A DNA stretch of 64,000 bases, from assembly GCA_964016885.1 (NCBI GenBank), contig OZ024744.1:41478001-41542000 (forward strand). Direction: 5' to 3'. The notes below the pieces were generated by a model. The model made no database searches and had not been told where the DNA came from. It was given only the letters and a program-made list of their open reading frames with translations. Of the stretch, positions 53,989-64,000 are shown in pieces (the stretch's first letter is position 1; every line of letters begins with the position of its first letter). This stretch comes from Eledone cirrhosa (Eukaryota). Both the position numbers and the translations under genes were made by a program.

Positions 53989-54804
53989 ATTATCAGGAAG
54001 CTGACCTCTGTGGCTTCATAGATAAGTTTGAATTGTGAATGGGTTTTCAAGTCACCAATATGTCTCAGATTTTGACATATCTCAGACATAAAGGAAGGAA
54101 TATGCATAAATAGCCTGCTCCTAGAGTCAAAACGAACAGTTGCAAAGGTGATTCTTAGTGATTAAGATGTAGTCCACTGATTACACTGACCCTGTGGGTC
54201 TCACTCTTTCTCTCTCTCTCTTCGTCTCTCTCAGCCAAGCCAACAAAATTCATTGCATCAACAGAAGTTTAGTAAAAACATTTTTAATAATACATACATA
54301 CAACCAATGGAGGCACATGGCTTAGTGGTTAGAGAATTGGCCTTGCAATTGAAAGGTTGTGAGTTCAATTCTAGCCTGTCCGACCCATGCTAGTATGGAA
54401 GATGGACATTAAACGATGATGAAGATATCATCATCACCACCATCATTTTATGTCCGTTTTTCCCTGCTTGAAAGGGTGGGACGGGAACTGATACTGGCTT
54501 GATTTCTACAGCTGGATGCCCTTCCTAACACCAACCTCATTTACAGAAAGTACTGGGTGCTTTTTTGTACCTCCAGCAGGGATGTGTGTGCGAACCGCAG
54601 CCTGTTGACAGTTCAAATGCCTATTAAGACAAGTGTGTGTGTGTGTGTGTAGCAGAGTAATTCGTGGTAGAGGGATGGTCAGTAGGAATGTGTCTGTAAG
54701 TGTGTGGGGGATATATATATATATATATATATATATAAAGAAAATGTTCAAGACACCGACGTCAGAGCTCAAGCCGTTTCAACGTCTATTTCTGGTGTGC
54801 TGGG

Positions 54805-55389
54805 GGGTGGGGGTGTTACTGAGTGTGGGAGTGAAGGAGTGTTGATGAAGATTTAAAGGAATTAAGCGTACACATTTTCCAATATATATATACATATAGG
54901 CTGGGTCTTATCCTGATTTCCTTGGCATTAATTGACTTAGTCTACAGGACTCTCCCTTGGACTTGATGCCAATCTGTCAGAGTGTAACTACCAGCAACTG
55001 CTGGTACTCATTTTAGAGGACTGTAGGGAGTAATATGAAATGAAATGTTTGATTAAAAATAAAATGTACCACCACTAGGTCAAGGAATTAAACCTATATA
55101 TATATTTTAAAAAAAGAAAAGAATGGCTTCACTTGTAGTTCTAAACAATTTGATTTAATTTTATAATATTAAATTATGAGTTAGTAGATCTAGTAAGTTC
55201 TTTGTTAACTTTGATGGGAAGAATTTTAAAGATTCCTGGTTAATTTTCCTGGAGAACTTTCTCACATTTGTTAGTGGTGATTGTCAAACTGAGATAAGGT
55301 TGTGTTTGGTGGTGTGTGATTCTATATATAAGAGAGGTCAGGTTGTGTTTGTGGGTGTGAGTGTTAATGAGTGTGGAAGTGAAGGAGTG

Positions 55390-55459
<70 letters not shown>

Positions 55460-55585
55460 AAATGTGTATGCTTTAATTCCTTTAAATCTTCATCAACACT
55501 CCTTCACTCCCACACTCATTAACACCCCACCCACAAACACAACCTGATCTCTCTTATATATAGAATCACACACCACCAAACACAC
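54805..55585. repeat. Three related segments in direct and inverted orientation around (TA)n
   Basis: GAGTGTGGGAGTGAAGGAGTGTT at ~54821 and ~55369; reverse complement at ~55494-55516. Arms 55300-55391 / 55494-55585. Confidence 0.75.
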
Positions 55586-56399
55586 ACATATATATATATA
55601 GTCTATCAAAGTTCTTTCGTCACACATCTGTGACATCGTCAGTGGTACTATTATGTTTCCTCCTGTTGTATTGTAATGCCTACACCATTTTTATTTTATT
55701 TATTTATTTATTTATTTATATTTCCCTTAGGTCAGTATTGTTATATGTATATAACTTTGTCATGTGGGCTGTCCCTTCTCCCAGATATTCTGAGTAAAGA
55801 GGTGTTATAGAACCTCTCCATCATTTAATACATGTTTTCCCTGGTAACAAGGATTAGACAGATCTCACAGATCAAGTCACAACTTAATCGGAGTCACTAA
55901 TCTCTTGGATGGGCCAAAAGTCATATCTCACTTACATAGATTCCATCACTCAGCAGAGTACACTGTGCATTTTATGGTAGTACAGTGAGTTTATCAAATC
56001 TTTGACAAAACTGAAGAGTTCTTTTGGCCCTTTGTTTGAAAAGTTTTCTACGTCTGGCTGACAACCCTACCACCAAGTACTTTACAAAATGTACTAGGTG
56101 CATTTTTTCATATCACCAAACACTAGAGAGGTTACCATGCCCATAATCCAATTGAAGAGTCCTCTCTAAGTTTTCTATTATCATTGACAACCTTATAGGA
56201 TGGACTGGGTGCATTAGTTGTGGCACCAGCAGTAGTGAAGTTATTGTGTCATGACTGAAGGGTCTATCAACCCGTTTTGGCATGATTTCTACTCTTGGAA
56301 GGCCCTTGCAACAGCAATAATCTCACAGTGCATTGGGTGCATCCTATCACAACACCAACACTATGGAAGCTGTTGGTCATTGATTCAACTGAGAGAATA

Positions 56400-57150
56400 C
56401 TCATCTCACCTCTTTCTATACCTCCCAGGCCTTCTAAAATCAAGGTACCACACATCAAACCTCTCACTCTGTGACAAAAAACCTATCATTGTCAGTAGAG
56501 GTACTAGCTCCATAAACCTCCTACAACCTGTTCTCCCTCTGCCTGCGACACTTTCAGAGCATCTCTCTCCTATTGGCAACAAGGTCAACCAGGCAACAAA
56601 GTCCATTATCAATCTATAGGGAGTTCAACAGGCAATTGAGAGAATCTAATTCATGTCTTTTCCTAGTGTCTATTTTTCCCATGAATCTGTTGCATACAAA
56701 GTCTTCACTATCAACCTGCTTGTAATCCACTTACATCTCTTCTGTATCGATAGGTTTCATTGTGTGCATTTTATGGAACTTATGGCCACCGCTCTTCAAC
56801 TTATCAAACAAGGCCACTTCCTGGACAGTACCAGGTTCCTGCTCTACTATCCCCCTATCAAGAGATTGATTTTTACCAATTTTACCTCCTCCACCTCAGA
56901 TTCAGCTATAAGGAACAATCGTCAACATACAGGGGCTCCAATGGAGTGCCAGTCACAAACTCCTCCATCTTAGCCTTAAGAACAGCAATAAACAGAAATG
57001 GACTGCTGGCAACTCTCATCCTGCTGGTGTCACTTCCACACATGTCCTTTAATAGCTACTAATTCACACTTAACTTCTCTAGTCCCTAACAGATAACAGA
57101 GTGAGAGACCCCATTATAGGCCTTCTCTAGGTCCATAAATGCCAGATACA
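56400..57150 (-). mobile_element. Old RTE LINE internal fragment
   Basis: IGERCSESVAGRGRTGCRRFMELVPLL..GFLS; remnants of KWPC and SIKCTQ on the minus strand. Confidence 0.75.
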
Positions 57151-57222
57151 TGTATATATATCATCATCATCATCATCTTCGTTTAACGTCCATTTTCCAT
57201 GGTAGCATGGGTTAGATGGGTA

Positions 57223-57253
<31 letters not shown>

Positions 57254-57254
57254 A

Positions 57255-60200
57255 ATGACCATGCTGTAAAATGGAGGGGTAGAGAGGGCCCTTGAGTCTA
57301 GTAAGACATCCTCTCTAGTGCTGGTGGCACAAATAAAAGCACCCAGTCCATGCTGTAAAGTGGTGCTGGTGTTAGGAAGGGCATCCAACCAGTGTATCAA
57401 TGCCAAAAAACTTATCAGCACAGCAACAAAACAGCATAGAAAAATATGAAGACGTCGCATCTCAGAGTTGCAACACTTAATGTTGGCACTCTCAGAGGTA
57501 GATCTGCTGAAATAGCGGAGATGCTGGAGAGAAGGCAGGTGGATGTGTGCTGCGTGCAAGAGGTGAGATGGAGAGGTGCCTCTGCGAGACTAGTCGTAGG
57601 CAAGCGTCTTAGCTATAAGCTATTCTGGGTAGGTAAGGATGATGGGTTAGGGGGAGTAGGCATTTTCCTGGCTGAGAAATGGATCAATAAGACAATAGAG
57701 GTAGTTCGAGTTAGTAATCGAATAATTAAGCTTAGATTAGTTGTAGGTAGGAGACTACTGACAATCATCTCGGTCTATGCTCCCCAAGCAGGCCTAGGCA
57801 AAGATGAGAAAGACTGCTTTTATGAGCAACTTTTGCAAACAACCACAATGACAGAGAACGGAGACATCGTTATGCTAGCAGGAGACTTCAATGGTCATGT
57901 TGGACAGCTCCAGGATGGTTACACTGGGGTACATGGTGGGCACGGTTACGGTTCAAGAAATGAAGAAGGAGTGAGACTTCTTGAATTTTGTGATGCAAGT
58001 ACATTGACTGTTTGCAACACAAACTTCCAGAAACCTGCCAATCACCTAATAACCTACAAATCTGGTGAGCACATAAGCCAGATTGACTTCCTGCTAGTTA
58101 GGCAGCGGGACAGGCAGATAGTGTCTAATACCAAGGCATACCCTGGGGAAGAATGTACCCCACAGCATAGGTTAGTTGTTAGTTATATCTCAGTAAGCAA
58201 GAGATGGAATGAGACATATAGGAAGGTGTGGAGAAGAAAGGTCTGGAAGCTAAAAGACCTTTCACTAAAATTCAAATTTAGGAAAGCCCTTCAAGATGTA
58301 TATGACGAAAAAGAAGACGATTTAGAGACGTATGACATAGATAATAACTGGAAGTTCTTACGTGACAACTTGCTGCAGGCTACTGATGAAACCTGTGGCT
58401 GGAGCAGAGCTCCAACCAGACAGAGAGTGATCTGGTGGTGGAACAGCACAGTAGATAAGGCTATTAGAGACAAAAGACTAGCATGGAAGGCTTGGAAAAA
58501 GGGTGGGAGTAGGGAAGAATATACAGCCACTAAGAGAGAAGCTAGACGTCAGGTGTACTTAGCACGCAGGGAGGCAGAGAGTAGGAGGTTTGCCAATGTT
58601 CTGCGACGGGAAGATCAGAGGCGTGCGGTGTTCCACATTGCAAGGCAGTGTGTCAATGCAAATCAGGATGTTGTTGATGATAAATGTGTCCGGGATGATG
58701 CCGGTGTACTTAGTGTCACGAATGTCCAGAAAAAGGAGGCCTGGAAATGTCATTATGAGAGACTGATGAATGTGGAGAACGAATGGGAGAGAGAGAAATT
58801 ACCCTTGGTAGATCCGACAGAGGGACCAGCTATTGAGATTGACGAATATAGGGTCCAAAAGGCGATTAGGGAAATGAAAAATGGTAAGGCGGCCGGACCA
58901 TCGGGAATAGTTGCTGAGATGCTGAAAGCATCAGGGGACGTAGGCACTAAACTGGTTGCAAGCATCATCAATCAGGCTATATATGGTGGTGTCATACCCA
59001 AAGACTGGTGCAGCAGTATTCTCATAAATTGCTACAAAGGTAAAGCGGATGCTTTGGAGAGGAGCAATTATAAGGGTATAAAACTGATAGATCAGGTTAT
59101 GAAAGTGGCAGAAAGGATTTTAGCACAACTAATTAGAGAAAGGGTCAAACTAGATGAGATGCAGTTTGGTTTTGTGCCTGGGAAGAGTACAACAGATGCC
59201 CTCTTCTTGGTGAGACAAATGCAAGAGAGGTTCTTAGAGAAGAATAAGCCACTATACGTAGCCTTTGTTGACCTAGAGAAGGCCTTTGATAGGGTACCCC
59301 GATCTGTCATCTGGTGGTCCCTAAGGAAACTAGGTGTTGAGGAATGGCTTGTGAGGACAGTGCAAACTTTGTACAGAGGTACTCTCAGTAAAGTCAGGGT
59401 AGGAATGGGGTTTAGTGAGGAATTCCAGATACAAGTAGGAGTACATCAGGGTTCGGTCCTCAGCCCGCTCTTGTTCATTATAGTCCTCCAAGCCATAACA
59501 GAGGAGTTTAAGACTGGCTGTCCATGGGAACTTCTCTATGCTGACGATCTGGCTCTTATAGCAGAATCAGTAGAGGAGCTAGAGAATAAATTCCGGCTAT
59601 GGAAACAGCAGTTGGAAGCAAGAGGACTGAGAGTAAATCTAGCTAAGACAAAAGTGTTGATGAGTAGAAAAGAGGACAAAACCCTGATTCCGTCAGGGAA
59701 ATGGCCATGTTCGATATGCAGAAAAGGAACTAGCATAAATTCTATAAAATGCACACAATGCAGGTGCTGGGTACACAAGAGATGTAGCGGGATAGCAGGC
59801 AAACTAACAGGTAGGGAGAAATATGTATGCAGTAGATGTACAGGGAAATTAGACAGTAGAAGTCGCACTGATAGACACATTTTTCAAATGCGAGAGGGCG
59901 CTATAGAAGTGGTGGATAGCTTCCGGTACCTGGGAGATCAGATTAGCATGGGAGGAGGGTGTTCCGAGGCCATAGTATCTAGAATAAGGACGGGTTGGAA
60001 GAAGTTTAGGGAGCTGCTTCCTCTGTTGACGAAGAAGGGTTTCTCCCTGCGTACGAAAGGCCGGTTGTATGATGCCTGTGTGAGGAGTGCGATGCTGCAT
60101 GGTAGTGAGACATGGGCAGCAAACGCAGAGGATATGCGACGGCTGGAGAGAAATGAGGCAAGCATGCTCCGTTGGATGTGCAGTGTAAATGTGCGTGAAC

Positions 60201-60538
60201 GACCCAGCATAAATGTGTTGAGAGAGAAACTGTGTCTGAGAGGGATAGAATGTAGTGTACGGGAGAGGAGACTGAGGTGGTATGGACATGTGATGCGCAT
60301 GGAGGATGACTGATGGGTGAAGAAGTGCCAGGAAATGCCAGTTGAAGGAAGACATGGTAGAGGTAGACCACGAAAAACATGGGCGGAGGTGGTGAGAACA
60401 GACCTCAGATCATTGAAGCTCACGGTGGAGATGACGAGGGACCGTGACGAGTGGAGAGATGCTGTGCTGAATAAGACCCGTCCCACCCTTGCAAGCAGGG
60501 AAAAGCGGACGTAAAATGATGATGATGATGATGATGAT
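57255..60538 (+). mobile_element. Near-intact full-length RTE-clade LINE
   Basis: Short 5' UTR, single long ORF (APE + RT), (ATG)n tail immediately after the stop codon. Confidence 0.96.
57446..60514 (+). pseudogene. RTE ORF: AP endonuclease + reverse transcriptase + PHD-like finger; 955 aa open, one in-frame TGA at 60311-60313, same frame continues to TAA at 60512-60514
   Basis: ATLNVGTL, CCVQE, VYAPQ, GDFNGH, IDFLL, QHRLV, QFGF, FVDLEKAFDRV, GVHQGSVLSPLLF, YADD, FRYLG, RLRWYGHV, GRPRKTW. Confidence 0.95.
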
Positions 60539-60547
60539 ATATATATA

Positions 60548-61075
60548 CTTAGAATAACCCTTTAAATGAAAATGCACAATATATTGAAACTAAAATGTAT
60601 TTATTCTGCAAAACATAATCTCCATTGAACACAATAACATTTAACTCTTTCTGGAACAATTCTTTCAGCAATTGTCGAAATCAGTGCAACAATTAATCCA
60701 CCACCTCTTCTAATGAAGCAAAAATATGTTCTGTTTATTCCTTTTTTTTTTTGTTTATTCCAGTAACATGTGCAATGCATAGCAATGATTGTTTTGGTTC
60801 TACATTAATGATACTTTGAATGAGTCGAATGTTGGCCTAAATAGTGGTTGTGCAAGGGCAGCCAGAACAAGGAGCATCAATAAGTGATGTTCTACTGCCA
60901 TCTTTGAATTGTTTCACCCAATGATAAATGGTTAAATTTGCTGGAACGTTGTTAATTCCACTCTCCTTCAATTATGCAATAGTATTTGTTGCTGATTTGC
61001 CTTGTTTCCATCCAATAAAAACATATGCTCTAAACTTTTCTTGACTTAAATCCATTCAATGTTTGTATTATAAGC
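60548..61075 (-). mobile_element. Decayed mariner remnant (N-terminal HTH)
   Basis: From the ATG at 61055: MDLSQEKFRAYVFIGWKQGKSATNTIA*..NLTIYHWVKQFKDGSRTSLIDAPCSGCPCTT. Confidence 0.7.
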
Positions 61076-61597
61076 TCACAAGAATGACAACAAAATAATT
61101 ATGCATGGGCCTGTGACAAAATACAGGATTCATACAGATTATCGCACGTGTACAACAAAGTTCAAATTCCAACTAATATTAACTACATTTACTGCTATAT
61201 ATATATGGCACACACATATATTATACATGTGTGTATATGTGTGTGTATATGTATGTGTGTGTGTGTGTGCATGGTTCGCAAGACCAGTTTTTCCTTCCTA
61301 TTGCAATATTATCCTAACAATAACATCCATCCTACCAGGCATTCTGAATTACAATATTTCAGTTAATTCAGCTGTTTGACCATTCTATTATTTCCTGAGA
61401 TGTCATTGCCAATGGACATTGCCAACATCACATATTTATATATGTTTTAACATCCGCTTTCGCTACTAGCAAGATATCATCATCATCATCATCATCAACG
61501 TTTAACGTCCGTGTTCCACGCTTGCATGGGTTTGGACGGGGGTAGTCCCACTTGAGGCAAGAGTGATTGTCTTGCTCGCATAGGACTGTCTGTATAT

Positions 61598-61886
61598 ATA
61601 ATATAAAATCAAAAGATGGTTAAAAGAGTTCCATGTATTTTATTATGCGCATTTCAAAAACAAATATCATCATGGGATGATATTTGCGTTCTTATCATTT
61701 ATCTGATGAGAACGCAAATATCATCCCATGATGATATTTGTTTTTGAAATATGCATAATAAAATACATGAAACTCTTTTAACCATCTTTTGATTTTATAT
61801 TATATATACTCCAGTCCTATAAACTGTTGAGTGCTATTTATCCGATATTTGCATTGCTTTATTGTGCTACAATAAAACTCACCTCC

Positions 61887-61890
<4 letters not shown>
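61598..61890. mobile_element. Miniature foldback derivative of the 24-27 kb PLE family
   Basis: ~100-bp inverted arms meeting at ~61697. Shares AACTCTTTTAACCATCTTTT and the tail ACTCCAGT..AACTGTTGAGTGCT..ACTCACCT with 26755-26877. Confidence 0.85.
61698..61762 (+). ncRNA. Type I hammerhead ribozyme
   Basis: TTTAT-CTGATGA-gaacgCAAATATCAT(cccatg)ATGATATTTGttttt-GAAA-TATGCA-TA-ATAAA. Confidence 0.8.
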
Positions 61891-61950
<60 letters not shown>

Positions 61951-62050
61951 AAATTAATTTAATTAAATTAAATTAAGGGAGTCATGTCTGAGACAAGTGC
62001 CATATCCACCGTAGAATAAGCTCAAAGATTCCAATGATCTGAGCGTTTTA

Positions 62051-62365
62051 TATAAACTAGAAATTGATTGACATATATATATATTTAAAATAAACACATG
62101 AAACAATCACAGGGGATAATTTGTAAAGTGTGTAATCACACATAGCTAGGTAGGTAACTAATTAAAGTTTAACTAGAGCTTCAAATATTACCTTTTAAAG
62201 GAGTATTAATCATTGTTTAAAAGGTAGTATATGAAGCTCTAGTTAAACTTTAATTAGTTACCTACCTAGCTATGTGTGATTACACACTTTACAAATTATC
62301 CCCTGTGATTGTTTCATGTGTTTATTTTAAATATATATATGTATATGTCAATCAATTTCTAGTTG

Positions 62366-62370
<5 letters not shown>
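62051..62370. repeat. Foldback element, ~150-bp near-perfect inverted arms
   Basis: 62051-62199 is the reverse complement of ~62216-62370; TA-flanked. Confidence 0.9.
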
Positions 62371-62389
<19 letters not shown>

Positions 62390-62396
<7 letters not shown>

Positions 62397-62735
62397 AGAA
62401 AACGAAAAATCAGTGATGCATATGAACTCAATTTATTGTGTGTTACAATTGTTTCACCGGCAGACAGCTCGAGATGTGATCATTGTGTGGATCTGTCTGA
62501 TTCTAGACCCGCAGGTTCGATGGACACGTCTAATGATTTCGGAGCATATTCTCTCTTGTGAGATCCACACAATGATCATGTCTCGAGCTGTCCGCTGGCG
62601 AAACAATTGTAACACAATAAATTGAGTTCAGATGCATCACTGATTTTTCGTTTTCTATTCTATCATACTCTGCTCTGTAAGAGCAAAGAGTGCTCAACCG
62701 ACATACCGCCTATGGAAGCATCTTAGTTACCATCA
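62390..62735. repeat. Foldback element, ~105-bp arms with half-hammerhead GAAACAATTGTA, plus a one-sided ~70-nt tail
   Basis: 62390-62494 pairs with 62561-62663; extra sequence 62664-62735 precedes (TA)n. Confidence 0.85.
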
Positions 62736-62756
62736 TACACATATATATATATATAT

Positions 62757-63220
62757 AACTTTGATAGGTTTCGGCCAGTATTGGCCCAGGCCATGTCTAA
62801 CTTAATAGCACCACCTGGCGAAATCTTACAAATCAGGGTTTGGGCACCATGGCCCACTCGAGCAGAGAGTTATTGTTTACGGAGACTTATCCGGGATTTC
62901 TTGAAGGAATTTATCGAAAGACTTCTTGAACTTGATGGGGTCTGTCTCTGCTTTGATGTGTTTTGGTGTAATGTTAAAGAGTGCAGGGCCAATTAAGGTG
63001 AAATAATTGTGCTGTATTGTTGTTATGTGATGCGAGTAAGATTTTTGTCGTGGGCGGATAGCATGGGGCCCAAGCCTTGGGTGTACACTAAAGGTGATGC
63101 CAACATCATACAGATAATGTAGCGCTCACGGCGACGTTGGAGAGAATAAGGTTTGAGCTTTTCTAATCGACTCCAATAGTCAAGGCCTGTCATGCCAACT
63201 ATCATTTTTGTAATTGAAAA
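62757..63220 (-). mobile_element. CR1/L2-group LINE 3' fragment
   Basis: ITKMIVGMTGLDYWSRLEKLKPYSLQRRRERYII, followed by GPALFN and FKKSFDKFL in further frames. Confidence 0.8.
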
Positions 63221-63254
63221 TATATATATATATATACATACATATATATGTATA

Positions 63255-64000
63255 TCATCATCATCATCATCATCATCAACGTTTAACGTCCGTGTTCCAC
63301 GCTTGCATGGGTTTGGACGGGGGTAGTCCCACTTGAGGCAAGAGTGATTGTCTTGCTCGCATAGGACTGTCTGGCAGGTTTTCTACAGTTGGATGCCCTT
63401 CCTAACACCAACCACATTTACAGTGTGGGTCTGGGAGGTTTTTACCGTGTTGCCTACACAGCCACATTACAGCGTGGACTGTGTGTTTTTGTGTCGTGAC
63501 ACCTACACGATCTCATTTGTTTCGGCCTGGATGGCGCGGCACCAACATAACTTTACATAGAACAGGGTGGTGTGGATGGGGTGGGGTGGTGGGGGTGGGA
63601 CGGGGTGTATTTTGTTAGAGATGCCTACTGGCTGGAGTAGGTTTTACTATATATTTAGGTAAGGCGGGTCTTCTCTGTTACTGAGTACCGCCAAAGGTCT
63701 TGGTCCAGTGACATTGTCTTGGAGAGGTGTAAGTGTGTGATGTCGGAGTTTATCAGCTCGTCCCAGGTTTTCTAGGTCTGCCTATTCCGTGGCTACCGTC
63801 TATCTTTATTGCCCTGCACTTTGTTATACAGCTATCGACTTTCATGCGCATCACGTGTCCATACCAACGTAGCCTTCTCTCGAGTAAACAACATCTGATC
63901 CCTCTTATCTCTAATTTTTTCCTTAGTTTGTTTATGCTTTGCCGTTCACGTATATTACTGTTACACATCCAGCGGAGCATGCAAGCTTCGTTCCTCTCTA
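63255..64000 (-). mobile_element. RTE LINE 3' end (continues beyond the window)
   Basis: MLRWMCNSNIRERQSINKLRKKLEIRGIRCCLLERRLRWYGHVMRM; the 3' UTR matches 23700-24190. Confidence 0.92.

Noticed and set aside
60311-60313. In-frame TGA as selenocysteine or programmed readthrough
   Set aside because: The paralogous copy has an Arg codon here, so simple CpG decay explains it, and there is no 3' UTR to hold a SECIS.
58291-60486. Several minus-strand ORFs overlapping the RTE ORF
   Set aside because: Antisense shadows of the LINE coding sequence, with no independent motifs.

Overview
AT-rich, repeat-saturated animal genomic DNA. The SINE/LINE repertoire and the (TA)n, (CA)n, (GAT)n and (TAA)n microsatellites suggest an octopus or other coleoid cephalopod; this is an inference. 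The only host gene I can support is a prohormone convertase 2 (PC2/PCSK2-like) gene on the minus strand. Two consecutive coding exons are visible (43986-43795 and 20247-20139), separated by a 23.5-kb intron. The rest is mostly transposon-derived: a near-intact RTE-clade LINE (57.3-60.5 kb, one in-frame stop, PHD-finger-like insert), many RTE fragments, RTE-tailed and other tRNA-derived SINEs, R4/Dong, CR1-like, mariner and Helitron-like remnants, and two Penelope-like element (PLE) remnants. The most striking signal is more than a dozen type I hammerhead ribozyme (HHR) motifs from several unrelated sequence families, most with self-complementary stem III. They include U3-A8 core covariants and long-stem-II forms. 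They sit in short non-coding elements inserted in or beside (TA)n tracts, often as asymmetric foldbacks with both 3' ends pointing outward. The best example is a very young 466-bp-unit tandem-plus-inverted array carrying four identical HHRs (30701-32486). This looks like a retrozyme / non-autonomous PLE system living in the introns of a neuroendocrine gene. All ribozyme calls are from manual motif and base-pairing inspection; none has been tested for activity.
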